This document shows, piece by piece, positions 1 through 11,521 of a DNA stretch of 64,000 nucleotides. The notes beneath the pieces are model-generated. The model was given only the letters and a program-made list of their open reading frames with translations, was not told the origin of the DNA and ran no database searches. Positions within the stretch are counted from its first letter, which is position 1, and every line of letters starts with the position of its first letter. Position numbers and translations under genes: made by a program. The DNA comes from a virus (taxonomy: Duplodnaviria; Caudoviricetes): the IMG/VR virus record IMGVR_UViG_2839242338_000001, positions 1-64,000 of that record; one strand, given 5' to 3'.

Positions 1-945
1 TCATAGACAATTACTATAGTAGTTTATCTGGCGAACACCATCATTTCTGCCATATCCTTGAGAATAACCATCCTTGTTATACGTATGGGCGTAAATCAGT
101 TTCTGTTCTCCTGTCAAAATGTTATTCTGGTATCTGCTGTAAGTAGATGCTACCAGGTTGTGTAGCTGAATATGTTCACCTATATCTGGATATGGTATAC
201 CCCTCAACCGCAATTGGGTCTTATTCCAATACGGTTTGTTATCATAGGAATATGAATATTGTGACCTTCCTGTAGGAGAAGTGAGTATTTGTTTCAATAA
301 TTGTCCTTCGGCATCATATTGGTACTGCACCGAACTGCTATCCGAATAAGTTCGCTGAACAATCTTTCCATTTGTAAGGATAGTATTGATAACTCCTGAG
401 CCTGGTTCTTCGTATCCTGTAAGTTTACCTGCCCCATCAAAGGTATATCGTCTGATAAGCCCTTTATTACCATTTGACTCAGTGTATGCTTTAAGTTTGT
501 CACCCTCATAGGTGTACTCCCTAAAACCAAGTTTCGCATTAGACGAATTATCAATGATAGCGACCTGCTGGATGCGGCCATCCTGGTAGGTATATGTATA
601 TCCTTTATTTTGCAGTGTTAAATTCCCACTAGCATTGCGAGTCGTTGTTCGGTCAACTTGTGAGAACAGGTAATAATCAGCTGTATACACAAAGCTTTGT
701 TCAGTATTGACTGACAACTGACTATTTTCCCATTTACGGTAAGTACTTTTTTCAATAAGCCCAAACGTATTATAGTAATAGGTGGTGGTGTCGCGAATAC
801 CTTCATTAATATTGATAAGCTGATAAATGCGGCAAGTGGTCGGGATTGCCGATGGGGGAACAAGCGGGTCTTGATGACAGCTAATGGTCCCATTAAATAG
901 CAACACTATCCAGCAAAGGAATTTTAATCCGTATATTTTTTTCAT
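1..945 (-). CDS. Putative lipoprotein with YD-like beta-strand repeats
   Basis: N-terminal hydrophobic stretch then ISC; recurring YxY(D/N)xxG units (YTFDGAGKL, YQYDAEGQL, YNKDGY). Confidence 0.6.
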   Translation of the reverse strand: MKKIYGLKFLCWIVLLFNGTISCHQDPLVPPSAIPTTCRIYQLININEGIRDTTTYYYNTFGLIEKSTYRKWENSQLSVNTEQSFVYTADYYLFSQVDRTTTRNASGNLTLQNKGYTYTYQDGRIQQVAIIDNSSNAKLGFREYTYEGDKLKAYTESNGNKGLIRRYTFDGAGKLTGYEEPGSGVINTILTNGKIVQRTYSDSSSVQYQYDAEGQLLKQILTSPTGRSQYSYSYDNKPYWNKTQLRLRGIPYPDIGEHIQLHNLVASTYSRYQNNILTGEQKLIYAHTYNKDGYSQGYGRNDGVRQINYYSNCL

Positions 946-2294
946 TGAGTAGTGATCAATTTTAGAGAAACCCTTCGATTCAGGGCTTTATTGGCCTCGG
1001 TATCATTTGGTGAAATTGGGTATTGACTACCATAGCCAACTTTGAGGCAGCGACTTTCTGAAATACCCTGCTGGGTCAGGAAATTAGTAACAACTGCTGC
1101 GCGGAACTCAGATAGATCTTTATTCAGGCGTTCATTACCTACGTTATCGGTATGTCCTGCAACCTGGACTTTGAGGTCCTTATGACTCTGTAAATACAGG
1201 GCTATGTGTTTTAATAACTCTTTTGAATCAGCACGGAGTTTATAACTGCTCTGTTCAAAATAAAGCATTGGTAAGCTATCCAGCCGAAAGGCAGGGGATA
1301 TCATTATTTTTTTTGTAGAGGAATCAGGGTAAATTCTGGTGGTTGGGGCAAACGTATTTTCCGATTCTTCTTTTTTCACAATCACATAATTTAACCCATT
1401 GTGAAGGTTGATAGTCTGTGTTATTAATCTACCTTGTTTTTTTATAACCAAATCATATACTGTGGGGATTGCCTCGAAGGTGCTATACCAACCGATTTGC
1501 CCTTGAACAGGTGTTAATGAATATGTTTTACCATCGGCTGTTAGATTGCACTGTGCCCCCTGACCTGCCTGCACAGTCAGAATCGTTAGCTCACGCTGAA
1601 GCTTTATTGACTGTTTTATGGAACGGCCATCCACAGACTCAATGATTAAGTTACCATCATATCGCTGATAACCTTCTGCCGAGGCTTCGATAGCTACAAT
1701 GTCTCTTTGCTCAAAATCAAGGTCTAGTTTACCCGTTTGATCCGTATCCACGCATTTCTTAATCGTATTTTTCGTGTAGTAGAAACATATACTTGCCTTT
1801 AATGGCGTATTGCGCAGTGCATCTTTAATCACAAAATGGCTATGCTGAACCGCTTGTTGATTGGCTTTCGATGGCTCACTTGCACTGTCACCTTGGACAT
1901 ACTCTTTTTGTTCAGTTTGAAGATATGTATAGTCTTTTCGCTGCCAATCCACTGCAAGAAGTGGAATAACAATGGCTATCTGTTGAGAGTCATTTATTGC
2001 CTTTAATCCCTCAAGCGATAAAAATTGTGTACGATATCCTGCTCTTTCTAAAAGTAGACCTGTTGCTTCACAAGGTACCTCTGCTGAAAACCGGCCTAAG
2101 TTAGTACTAGTACGGACTAGCTTCGAACCCGTTACCATCTTTGCTGATAAGCGAACATCTGTCAATTCATTGTGGCTGGTATAATCAATAATAATCCCTT
2201 TTATACTTAAGCATGATGCATAGTTTGCCTCCTGAGAGTAGGCTGTCAGGCAGGAAAGCGTGAACATCAGAGCTATTGCCTTAATCCGATTCAT
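942..2294 (-). CDS. OmpA-family peptidoglycan-binding protein
   Basis: Signal peptide; C-terminal OmpA motifs (YFEQSSYKL, AGHTDNVG, NKDLSEFRA, GYGSQYP, NRRV). Confidence 0.9.
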   Translation of the reverse strand: MNRIKAIALMFTLSCLTAYSQEANYASCLSIKGIIIDYTSHNELTDVRLSAKMVTGSKLVRTSTNLGRFSAEVPCEATGLLLERAGYRTQFLSLEGLKAINDSQQIAIVIPLLAVDWQRKDYTYLQTEQKEYVQGDSASEPSKANQQAVQHSHFVIKDALRNTPLKASICFYYTKNTIKKCVDTDQTGKLDLDFEQRDIVAIEASAEGYQRYDGNLIIESVDGRSIKQSIKLQRELTILTVQAGQGAQCNLTADGKTYSLTPVQGQIGWYSTFEAIPTVYDLVIKKQGRLITQTINLHNGLNYVIVKKEESENTFAPTTRIYPDSSTKKIMISPAFRLDSLPMLYFEQSSYKLRADSKELLKHIALYLQSHKDLKVQVAGHTDNVGNERLNKDLSEFRAAVVTNFLTQQGISESRCLKVGYGSQYPISPNDTEANKALNRRVSLKLITTQ

Positions 2295-2304
2295 CCTGTC
2301 CTGA

Positions 2305-3518
2305 TTAATTAGCTGCTACGCCAATATTGCCTAATAACAGGTTCCATTTTGTTATGTCAGTGCCATCATAGGACATTTGATAGCGTTCCAGTTTAACCCG
2401 GACTCGTTTAGGCGTTACGTCTGTATAGATTACATCACCTGGATTACCACCGTAGCCCACAAACGTTTGTTGACCCGTAATTACCCCGTAGTAATTTCCA
2501 TCTGCCGCCTGGGACATTTCCTTAATGTACTGTATTTCTGACCACTCAATTTTTGTAGAGCTATAAGGGAGTAGCTTGAGCCGGGTTAAATATTCCCGAA
2601 CAGGAAATCGTCTGGCACCTGGGCGGCTTTTTGAGGTTACTTCTATTGTCGCGGCTGGCATAAAAAGTTTCGCAGCCTGGGCAATTGCATTGTCTTTCTC
2701 GGTTGTAGGAAGACTTTTATTCGTTATAATATTCAGGTATGAGACAAATTCATCTACCCTTTGCAGCGCTTTTTTACGATATAGCTGATAGTCTGCTTCA
2801 CTTAAACTAAGACTATTACCTTCTTTGACTGCCTTAGTTGGAGCCGAGTTGTCGGGGGGGCTGGTCTATCTTTTTCAGAAAGTGCAGCTTCACTACTTTG
2901 CTGAGGAAGCGAATTTGTAGGCTTAGGATATGTTTGAACTGAGACCGGCGGGTTTACTGTAGCTATAGTTGACTGAGGATTAACTGTTAGACTATTTGCG
3001 TTCAATCGCTCTTTTACTTCGACCAATAAAGGGGCAACATCAATGGCATCCCGCAGCAACAGGTGGCGGCCATCCCGATATAGAATCCCGATTAATTCAC
3101 CTTTTGGGATAGAGGCTGATTTGCCATCCTTAGTTGTGTAATTGACAATTGTTTGATTTTCATAGGCAATACTAGCCGGGATGACTGTTAGAGGGACTGC
3201 TTTTATAATATAGTCTCTATCATTTGTCCTAGATGGAGCTGATAAATAGCCTTGCAAGCGTTGCTCTGCCTGGGTCAGATCATCACCAAGTTCACTAATC
3301 ACTAAAAAATTGCCGTTTTTTCTAAATGCAATTAAAATATTTTGACGCAGGAAAGTCAGGGTTTTGCCTTGAGCAGTAAACGTAAGTTTGCTTTCGGATA
3401 AACCTGTTATCTGGGCGTTTTCTAGTCGATTGCCATTAGCTGTATATATAACATCTTGGGCTAATAAGCCAGTTGTTATATAGAGCACAAGAATAATTGC
3501 AAGTAAAGCTTTTCTCAT
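2305..3518 (-). CDS. Exported hypothetical protein, split by one frameshift
   Basis: ORFs 2802-3518 and 2305-2661 join across the G7 run at 2854-2860; the shifted frame reads ...EADYQLYRKKALQRVDEFVSYLNII...AKLFMPAATIEVTS. Confidence 0.7.
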
Positions 3519-3536
3519 GTATGGTGGGGTTGTGAT

Positions 3537-4346
3537 TTAACGAATAGTTTTAACTAGCTCCCGGGTAGCCTCGGTAACAAAAGCTTCCAGCTCATCCTGA
3601 TCTAAGTGTTGATACGGTTTTTTTTGCTTTGTTTCACCAGGCTTAAGCCAGAAACCGCTTACAAACATTCCATAAGCTCCTTTTTTAGAATACATACCTC
3701 TGCACCCATCTAAGCATGGTGTGTGGTGTAATTTATAGGACCCTACGATTTCGTTTGTTTTTACGTGTACCAGTTTAAACTCTACAGATGCTCCTCTTAG
3801 ATCACGGTAGTCTTCGATGAGACGTTGTTTGCCATCTGGATCAGTATAGCAAACATTTGTTGTATAACCCACCGAGCCATCCAGGCTAACCAGCTCAAGA
3901 ATCAAATCAGTATTTGTAAAGTCTTTAATTTTAGAGTAATCGATACTGTGATTACTATCTAATACCTGATTAAAGAGGCCTCTATCGCGAACACTAAAAC
4001 CTTCTTTGAATAGCTGTTTCTCAATAGCGTTGTATAAGGCTGTTTCATCATACTGCTGCTCAGTTTCCTGAATTTTAAGATTACTCTTGCCTTTTACCGT
4101 TTGTTTTACAACAACGGTGTTGACCATTTCAGATCTCTGATTACCAGCACTTTGAGTATTAGTTACACCGACACGTGTATTGGGGACACGTAACACTATT
4201 CGAGGAGATTTATTGACAAGCATTATTTCTGTCAATATGTCTGCGGAAGTTAATTCGGCAGGCTTTTGAGCAAACTTGATAACGGCACGTTTGCTACAAC
4301 CAATCAGAAAGAAGCCAATAATAAGAAGAAGGTACTTATGATTCAT
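3537..4346 (-). CDS. Lipoprotein, hypothetical
   Basis: Lipobox-like FFLIGC after a hydrophobic stretch; first gene of the 4-gene operon. Confidence 0.7.
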   Translation of the reverse strand: MNHKYLLLIIGFFLIGCSKRAVIKFAQKPAELTSADILTEIMLVNKSPRIVLRVPNTRVGVTNTQSAGNQRSEMVNTVVVKQTVKGKSNLKIQETEQQYDETALYNAIEKQLFKEGFSVRDRGLFNQVLDSNHSIDYSKIKDFTNTDLILELVSLDGSVGYTTNVCYTDPDGKQRLIEDYRDLRGASVEFKLVHVKTNEIVGSYKLHHTPCLDGCRGMYSKKGAYGMFVSGFWLKPGETKQKKPYQHLDQDELEAFVTEATRELVKTIR

Positions 4347-4628
4347 AAAGTAGAAGTTACGTATAGATTCGTAGCTATTGGCTAAGTATCATGGGGTCAA
4401 ATTAAATAATTTAAAGTATAATTACTAATATATAAATATATGTATTTGTACTGCTTATACTTATTATGTATTTAAGTATCCAAAAATTAATTAATTGCAT
4501 ATACTTGTAATTAAGCCATCTTAAAAGATTAATGATTTAGTAATTAATAATATTGACAAAACAACTTAGAGCAGATCAACTTAGGAATTTAGAAGTAGCG
4601 GCATAATTAGACAATTGCCTAAACCAAC

Positions 4629-4688
4629 GCTACGGGTAAAACACCCTTTTTTATACCGTCTTTTACCCGTTTCTTTTAGGCCAATGCT
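4629..4688. repeat. ~60-bp hairpin-containing repeat, copy 1
   Basis: gctacgggtaaaacacccttttttataccgtcttttacccgtttcttttaggccaatgct closely matches 11463-11521. Confidence 0.85.
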
Positions 4689-4873
4689 CTTTATGAGCAC
4701 CTTATAAAGTAAAAAAACACCGACTCAATCAGAATCGGCGTTCTTAAGTGTTCACCCTCCCTAGAGTGAAGTATTGGTAGTGACCGCTATCAGTCAGGCT
4801 TTTAGCATTTACAGGTTACTTTTTGGAGAAAGTACCTTTTTGACGAGGAGTTGGAAAAAAGTAACGATTTACT

Positions 4874-5089
4874 TCACCACTTCGCCCTAACTACCTGCTG
4901 ACGCTCTAAGCGTTGACGAATCATCTGTAGCCGTCGAATACTGGCTTTGTTACCATCCTGAGCAGTGGCGATAGCCAGCTTTACACACTTGAGTAGGTTA
5001 GATGTACGTGCCCAGGGAGAAATAACAAATTCCGTTTCGGGCAGGCAGCGGCCCTCAAAATAGCTTAGTAGTTCGTTGAGTTCATTCAT
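4874..5089 (-). CDS. Small hypothetical protein (DUF6965-like), paralog of 11509-11742
   Basis: MNELNELLSYFEGRCLPETEFVISPWARTSNL aligns with MNDLNDLLNYFKFRELPETPFVISRWAKTCNL; start at ATG 5089 chosen by paralogy. Confidence 0.7.
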   Translation of the reverse strand: MNELNELLSYFEGRCLPETEFVISPWARTSNLLKCVKLAIATAQDGNKASIRRLQMIRQRLERQQVVRAKW

Positions 5090-5155
5090 ACCCACTAATG
5101 TACATTTAGGCTGAATCGGTGATGTGTATAAAGCTGATTTTCTACCCAACGGTGG

Positions 5156-5368
5156 TTAGGAAAGCCCGTTTGCTAGTTTCTTGACCTGCTCAGGCGAAAC
5201 ATTCTTCACCTCTCCTTTCCCATCAAGCTTAACTGAAATGCGTCCCGAAGCCGTCCAGTATAACACGGTTCCTTTCTGTGTGCCCCGATAACAGCCACCA
5301 ATGCGAATTTCAACGCTGACCCGATCACCGGGCGAAATGACTGGCCTCATAGGCTGAATTTTACGCAT
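5156..5368 (-). CDS. Small KOW/SH3-like beta-barrel protein
   Basis: ISPGDRVSV...GTVLYW...ISVKLDG...VSPEQV pattern; degenerate paralog at 12346-12540. Confidence 0.6.
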   Translation of the reverse strand: MRKIQPMRPVISPGDRVSVEIRIGGCYRGTQKGTVLYWTASGRISVKLDGKGEVKNVSPEQVKKLANGLS

Positions 5369-6365
5369 TAGCCCCTACGATAAAGCCCAACTGCTTGTGA
5401 GCTGGGCTTTAATTACAAACTGGAAGAAGTTAACACCCCTATGATGATTTTGCCTTTACTCTAACTGGCTATACTAAAAAAGGTTTACCAGTGGATGGTA
5501 GCCCATTAATTTACACTCTATTTCTTCCTTTAATGAAGAGCCCAACTCGTTTGTATCTAGCGTTGTTTATGCCTTTTTTAACTCCTTCGGACTCGTCGCT
5601 TTTCCAATTCCTGTACCCGCAAAGTCTACAAAAACAAACGTGGCGTTGGTGCTCGTCACTACCCCATTTTGAGTCGTTGGTCCACCGGAATACATTACCC
5701 GGTCCCCTTTTTTAAAGTCAGTTGATTTCATCTCGTTGTATGGTTTCTTCTATAACACGAATGTGATCGTTTTCGATTACTATTAGTATTATTGATGGAT
5801 GCCAATGAAAAGCAGACGGGGTTTGATTTAGCCTCGAATGTGCTAATCCCCACCATTTCATAGAATAATACTGGCTAATCGATTACTTACCAGGATAATA
5901 AGCCCGATGCATATTGAATGGTTTCAGTAAAGTGACTATCCAAAAAACAGCTATACAAGCTAGGCTTAGCCCAATGGAGCTAGTATACATACGCCACATT
6001 ATGCCAGAAAATAGATAAAGATAATAGGTAGAAAAAAAGAATGTTTTACAGCCTTCACTTTATACACTTCCTACACCGATGGTCTAACAAGACACTTTCT
6101 AGTTTTCTGAGAGAAGGCTCAGATAGATAGAGTATTTGCCTATTTCCCAAATTCCTCGCACCTTCATAGTTGGATATATACATTCACACCATGAGCTATC
6201 TGATGAGTTTACAGGAACAGGACTATTATGGCGTGCTCTACAGGGGCGGTCTTCTGCTGCCTTCACTAACAGTACTTGTTGTAGTAGTGGTAATCGTTCT
6301 GGTTGTCCGCAGGAGACGGAAATAAAAAAAGTCAGCCGGGAAGGGCTGGCGTAATCTTTACTCAT

Positions 6366-6593
6366 ATGGAAAGTTTAGATTTGGCTCTGGCTAAAAAAAA
6401 GCAGGAGGTAGCAGACTATATAAATTACCTAGATGGGATCATCATTGACCTATTAAAAGCGTACCGCTTAGTTCAAGAAGATCCATATCCATCTGATGAA
6501 TCAAATGCCCTCGTAAAGCCACTATCTGAAGGTGCCGCTTACTATAGCAGATTGAAGCAGGATCAGGAGAAGTATTTCAAGACATTAAACTAA
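6366..6593 (+). CDS. Small helical hypothetical protein convergent on fibre gene 1
   Basis: ATG at 6366 in frame with the listed ORF; amphipathic helical sequence. Confidence 0.5.
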   Translation: MESLDLALAKKKQEVADYINYLDGIIIDLLKAYRLVQEDPYPSDESNALVKPLSEGAAYYSRLKQDQEKYFKTLN

Positions 6594-6641
6594 AAAGCCA
6601 GCCATCTTCTAGTTGGCATGGCTCTTTACTCACTAGCTGAA

Positions 6642-9269
6642 TTACTTTCGTTTCAGAAGCTGATGAAGTAAACCTTCCAGCTCAGCCTGTTTTTTCTTGA
6701 TAGCTTGTAGTTCGTGATGCTGCTGTTGCAACTGCTGTTGCTTTTGCTGGTTGGCTTTCTGCAACTGAATACTGTAAAGGGTCAATTCTTCAATCTTCTC
6801 CAGCAGCTTAGCATCCATTTTGACCACATCTATCCCCTTCTCGACCACTTCAGCCGCACTGGGTACACCCGGCAAATGACCTGTTCGATTGATGTGTTGC
6901 TCGACTTGGGCTAAGCTCTTCAAGGCATACCCCTTCTCGAACACATAATCACTCCAGTCTGCGGTAGTCTTTACGGCGACTTTTACCTTCTCGGTCAGAA
7001 TACCTTTACTAACAAATAGATTATAACCTGAAGGAGTCTTTTCCACTCCCTGACCGATGATAACTCCGCCCTCATTGGCATTTTGTACATAGGCTCCGGT
7101 GGCCGACCATAACTCGGCCGCTACCCTGAGCGAATTAGTGGTACTGCCCAATAACACATTTCCTGATTCATCCACCGTGAGAAACTTGGTTACATTGGGT
7201 TGACTGACAGGTGAAGAAAACGTTAAGTTTTCTAATCGAAGGCCAGATGTATTGGGCGTACCGGAGGTTAAGTGTAATTTGGCAGAAGGAGCCGTGTTGC
7301 CGATGCCCACATTGGCTCCTGCTCCCAGAATCAGGCTGTTGGAAGCGGTTACTTGTGCCCCATATCCAAGGGCCGTTGCATTCTGTAAATCTGGATTGGA
7401 GGCCGATACCCCGGCTCCGGTACCGATGAAGGTGTTGCGGGTGCCAATCGTATTTTCCAGGCCAGCGTTATAACCCAGGCTGACATTGTCGGAGGCTGTC
7501 GTTTTAAAGCCTGCGTTTAAGCCAATAAAGGTATTGCTGTTGCCACTGGCATTGGTGAAGCCGGCCCCATTACCCACAAAGGTGTTGAAAACGCCAGTGG
7601 AGTTGGTATAGCCCGTTGAGGCTCCCATAAATAGATTGAAGTTACCATTGGTATTGGAGAAGCCTGCCCGTTGGCCAAAGAAGACGTTGTTCTCGCCATT
7701 CACATTGCTATACCCACTATTGATTCCCACGAAGGTGTTGAACCGACCTATAGTGTTGGTATAGCCTGATCCCGCGCCGAAGAACAGGTTTTCTCTCCCG
7801 GTGGTGTTGGCCTGTCCGGCGCTGCCCCCCACAAATAGGTTAAATGCGCCATCGGTATTATTTTTCCCTGCATTAAGACCGACAAACGTGTTATCAGTAC
7901 CTGTAGTATTGCCGTAGCCCGCCAGCGACCCCACAAAAGTATTACCACTGGCCGTGTTGTTATAGCCTGCCTGATAGCCTATAAAGACATTGTTGTCTGC
8001 TGTTGCATTTGAGAAGCCTGCATGAGCCCCTACAAAGGCATTATGATTGCCCGTCATGTTACGTCCTCCTGCTTCAGAACCTACAAAGGCATTCTCGGAA
8101 CCAGTAGTATTAGTATAGCCCGCAGAAGATCCAATGAAGGAATTACCATTGCCAATAGAGTTATAATAGCCGGTATTGGACCCCATAAAAACATTCGATA
8201 AGCCCATTGTATTCGAATAGCCCGCATTCATCCCCATAAAAGCATTCCCTGAGCCAGTCGTATTCCCTACGCCAGCATAGGTACCTATAAAGGCATTACC
8301 GCCTCCAGTGGTGTTACTTGTACCTGCCAGGTAACCCAGAAAGGCATTATAGGAGCCGGTTGTATTATTGTAGCCCGCCGTGCTTCCTATAAAGGTATTA
8401 CTTTCTCCAGTAGTGTTAAAAGCGCCTGAACCATTACCTACAAAGGCATTCTGACTGCCGGTAGTGTTAAACGCGCCGGCATTAGCGCCGATAAAGGCAT
8501 TATAGGAGCCGGTTGTATTGGTTTTGCCCGCATTATTGCCCATAAAAGCATTTAGAATACCCGTCGTGTTCGCATAGCCAGCCGTATAGCCCATAAAGGC
8601 ATTATAATTACCGGTTGTATTCGAATAGCCTGCCTGATAACCCATAAAGGCATTTTGAGTACCGGCAGTGTTGGAATAGCCCGACGCGTAGCCTACGAAG
8701 GCATTAGCTTCACCCGTTGAGTTGGTAAAGCCCGCCTGAGCACCTATAAATAAATTTTTGCTCCCCGTTGTATTGGTAAAGCCCGCATTGGAGCCCAAAA
8801 AGGCGTTAAAACTACCGGTGGTATTGGCCTGACCCGCATTGAAACCTACAAACGCATTATCGGTGGCCGTGGTGCTGGCAACACCCGCATTGGTGCCAAT
8901 GTACGCATTATACGAGCCACTTGTGTTACCCGCCCCAGCAGAGGTTCCTAGAAAAGAATTAAAGTTGCCTGTCGTATTGGAATAGCCTGCTGAGTAACCA
9001 ATGAAGGTATTCATATGCCCTATCAGGTTAGCTGTCCCAGCAGAGCTGCCCAGAAAGGAATTAAAATTGCCCGCTGTGTTGGCCTGGCCCGCCTGATTGC
9101 CGATAAAGGTATTCTGAATACCGGTCATTGAATTGTTGCCCGCCGACGGGCCAACCAGCGTATTGCCAGTGGCGGGGGTTGACGAGTTGGGCGTAGTAGC
9201 CACATAATTGGTCTGAGCCAGAGCAGAACTGCTTCTGAGCAGGAGAAATAGATAGAATAGCTTTTTCAT
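6642..9269 (-). CDS. Secreted fibre-like repeat protein 1 (14-aa NTTGxxNxFxGxxAG repeats; tail-fibre chaperone/S74-like and coiled-coil C-terminus)
   Basis: Signal peptide; long run of 14-aa repeats; NVGIGNTAP; WSDYVF...HLPGVPSA...LLEKIEELTLY followed by coiled coil. Confidence 0.85.
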   Translation of the reverse strand: MKKLFYLFLLLRSSSALAQTNYVATTPNSSTPATGNTLVGPSAGNNSMTGIQNTFIGNQAGQANTAGNFNSFLGSSAGTANLIGHMNTFIGYSAGYSNTTGNFNSFLGTSAGAGNTSGSYNAYIGTNAGVASTTATDNAFVGFNAGQANTTGSFNAFLGSNAGFTNTTGSKNLFIGAQAGFTNSTGEANAFVGYASGYSNTAGTQNAFMGYQAGYSNTTGNYNAFMGYTAGYANTTGILNAFMGNNAGKTNTTGSYNAFIGANAGAFNTTGSQNAFVGNGSGAFNTTGESNTFIGSTAGYNNTTGSYNAFLGYLAGTSNTTGGGNAFIGTYAGVGNTTGSGNAFMGMNAGYSNTMGLSNVFMGSNTGYYNSIGNGNSFIGSSAGYTNTTGSENAFVGSEAGGRNMTGNHNAFVGAHAGFSNATADNNVFIGYQAGYNNTASGNTFVGSLAGYGNTTGTDNTFVGLNAGKNNTDGAFNLFVGGSAGQANTTGRENLFFGAGSGYTNTIGRFNTFVGINSGYSNVNGENNVFFGQRAGFSNTNGNFNLFMGASTGYTNSTGVFNTFVGNGAGFTNASGNSNTFIGLNAGFKTTASDNVSLGYNAGLENTIGTRNTFIGTGAGVSASNPDLQNATALGYGAQVTASNSLILGAGANVGIGNTAPSAKLHLTSGTPNTSGLRLENLTFSSPVSQPNVTKFLTVDESGNVLLGSTTNSLRVAAELWSATGAYVQNANEGGVIIGQGVEKTPSGYNLFVSKGILTEKVKVAVKTTADWSDYVFEKGYALKSLAQVEQHINRTGHLPGVPSAAEVVEKGIDVVKMDAKLLEKIEELTLYSIQLQKANQQKQQQLQQQHHELQAIKKKQAELEGLLHQLLKRK

Positions 9270-9469
9270 GGTTTTGTGATTTAGGAAGTTTACTTAAAAG
9301 TAAAGGTGCTATTAGTGTTGACAGAAATCTTCTGATCGCTGATTAATAGGGAAGAAGGCTATAACCTGTTACTTCTGACAGTATATGCTATAGCTAGTCC
9401 TGGCTAGGTAAAAAAAATAAAGCCTATTAAATTAGAGGAACAAAACAATTGAATCGTTACATAAACACT

Positions 9470-9515
9470 AAATAGTCTCAAATTTGATAGAAATAGTCCC
9501 AAATTTGATAGAAAT
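9470..9515. promoter_or_regulatory. Tandem 21-bp direct repeat upstream of fibre gene 1 (candidate LytTR-type operator)
   Basis: aaatagtctcaaatttgatag / aaatagtcccaaatttgatag, one mismatch, period 21. Confidence 0.55.
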
Positions 9516-9869
9516 GCAAATTATGCTGACTATTATTACGACTTGATTTTTGTGACTAATCTTAAAAATTGCCAATAGCTTATGACCTACAGTAGTTAGG
9601 CTTCTAAATTTCCCTTAATATAAAAACTGGATAAAGGCTCAGGTGCGGATTATGACTCTCTAGCCGGGCCGCCGTTGCGATGCCGAACACGAATGTAACT
9701 GGTGAAGGCGCTTGGGGGCGCCACTGGGTTAGTGTTGATGAGATGGAGAAGCAGACAGGGTATGACTTATTGTCGAACGTGCCAGAGAATGTGCAGCGGG
9801 TTGTTGAGGCAGGTATTGACAAGATTAATATTTAAAACAAAAATGCCCGGCGATTGACCGGGCTATTTT

Positions 9870-10726
9870 TTAGTTAAGTGGAATCCTGGAAAGTAACTCT
9901 TCAATATTATTTTCGGCATCAACTACCGCTTCCTGTTCTATTACACTTTCCATCTGTTGTAGATAAAGCCCGCTTTTACTTTTATCGAATCCAGAAGCGT
10001 TTTTATTAATAATGGCTATTCGCTGATAAAAGCTACCCTCAACGGCAAAATCTTTTATTATCTTAAAATTCAGTGTTGCCTTTGAAACATCTTTTATAAA
10101 TTGATCAGAACGCTGCCCGGTAATGTACATAATGTAATACTGGCGGGTAAGACGGTTATCCTTGACTCTCAGGACAGCATTCATCCTTACTGACTTATCG
10201 TCCTTTAATTTAACCGTGTCATTTACGCTGAAATTATTTGCACCGTAGTTTTTTCTAAAGTAATTATTTAGCGTGCTATGAAACTGTTGTTTTTGCTCTG
10301 CTTCTTCCGTTACATTTCGAATTGCTACATGCTGCGTATTTACCGCATTAGCAACAAAGTGAGCTACATCTAAAACGCACCCAGAAAGTAACTTGACATC
10401 TTCCGTCGTGCGGTAATAGTAAATTGATCCATTTTGACGTTTAATTGTTTTATCGAAAAGAACTGCATGTATTGATCGATAATTCTATCAATTACCTCTC
10501 CTTCGTCTGGATCATTGTTGTAATTATTGTATTCACCCGCCGAAAGCCATCCACCATCCGAAACGGCATACTTCCCCTTATCATAACTAATAAAAACAGA
10601 TACAGCAGCACTTGTAATTGTGGGAATACCTGTAATGATTTCAATAGTATTTCCACGAAGCTTATAGTTAAGTAGTCCGCAAAAGTCTTTTTTTACGATC
10701 TGAAATATTTCAAGTATCGATTCCAT
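9870..10726 (-). CDS. DUF1828/DUF1829-like protein, split by frameshift
   Basis: IEIITGIPT...VSVFI...YAVSDGGW N-terminus; ORFs 10370-10726 and 9870-10184 linked by open sequence in between; AT-rich. Confidence 0.6.
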
Positions 10727-11285
10727 TAGTCAAATTTTAAACCTGCGTGAACATCTTCTAATGTAAAATCGGGAAATAAGCGAAGTTGCGTTAAAATAGG
10801 AGGAAGTTTTTCGTTAACCCCATTAAAACTGAACTCATTACAAAATAACGAAAATCCCTGATTAATATCTTCAAAGATTGCATTTTCATGTAGATCAATT
10901 GAGTCTGTTCTGTAGGCAATTTCTTTACCTGATTCATCCCAAATATGAAAGTGAGGGGTTTTTACATGCTGTTCCGCTAAGGGGATATTTTCGTCTTTAT
11001 TGATATGGGTATGTCCGTCAGAGTCGAAACGACAAAGCGAATATTTCATATAGTCTTGTAAACTAAAGACGATCCATATATGGTATCCTTTTCAATTTTT
11101 TGTTGGATTTTAATCTCGCCACAACTATTGTTCGAACTGTAGCCTACTTCTCCTTGGCCTTTCCGCCAATCCCTATGATTTGACTTTTCTGCCGAAATAA
11201 TAATCCGTTTATCGTGTATCACTTTTGGCAGTATCAATAAGCCCTCGTACTCCTGATAATTATCCCTTACTTTTCGGTTGATCAT
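10726..11285 (-). CDS. DUF6978-like protein, split by frameshift
   Basis: LCRFDSDGHTHIN...PHFHIW motif; ORFs 11046-11285 and 10726-11049 overlap; TAATG coupling to the next gene. Confidence 0.55.
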
Positions 11286-11462
11286 TTTATAGTGTAGAGT
11301 TTTATATTCCCAGCCAGCACTTCCCTGCGGGCTTTTTTGTGTCTAGTCGTGAAGGTGCGAGGAATTTGGGAGAGTTCAAATTGGGCAATCCTATCTGTGA
11401 TGTGTAGCCACAGGGTATGTCCAAAGCGAAAGCCTTAAAAACCTAATCTTTGCTACTGTCAA

Positions 11463-11521
11463 GCTACGGGAAAAACACCCTTTTTTTACCGTCTTTCTCC
11501 CGTTTCTTTTAAGTCAATGCT
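11463..11521. repeat. ~60-bp hairpin-containing repeat, copy 2
   Basis: Matches 4629-4688; overlaps the stop codon of 11509-11742. Confidence 0.85.

Noticed and set aside
5491-6365. Short ORFs at 5491, 6099 and 6136
   Set aside because: Non-ATG starts, mutual overlap and no motifs; likely decayed intergenic sequence
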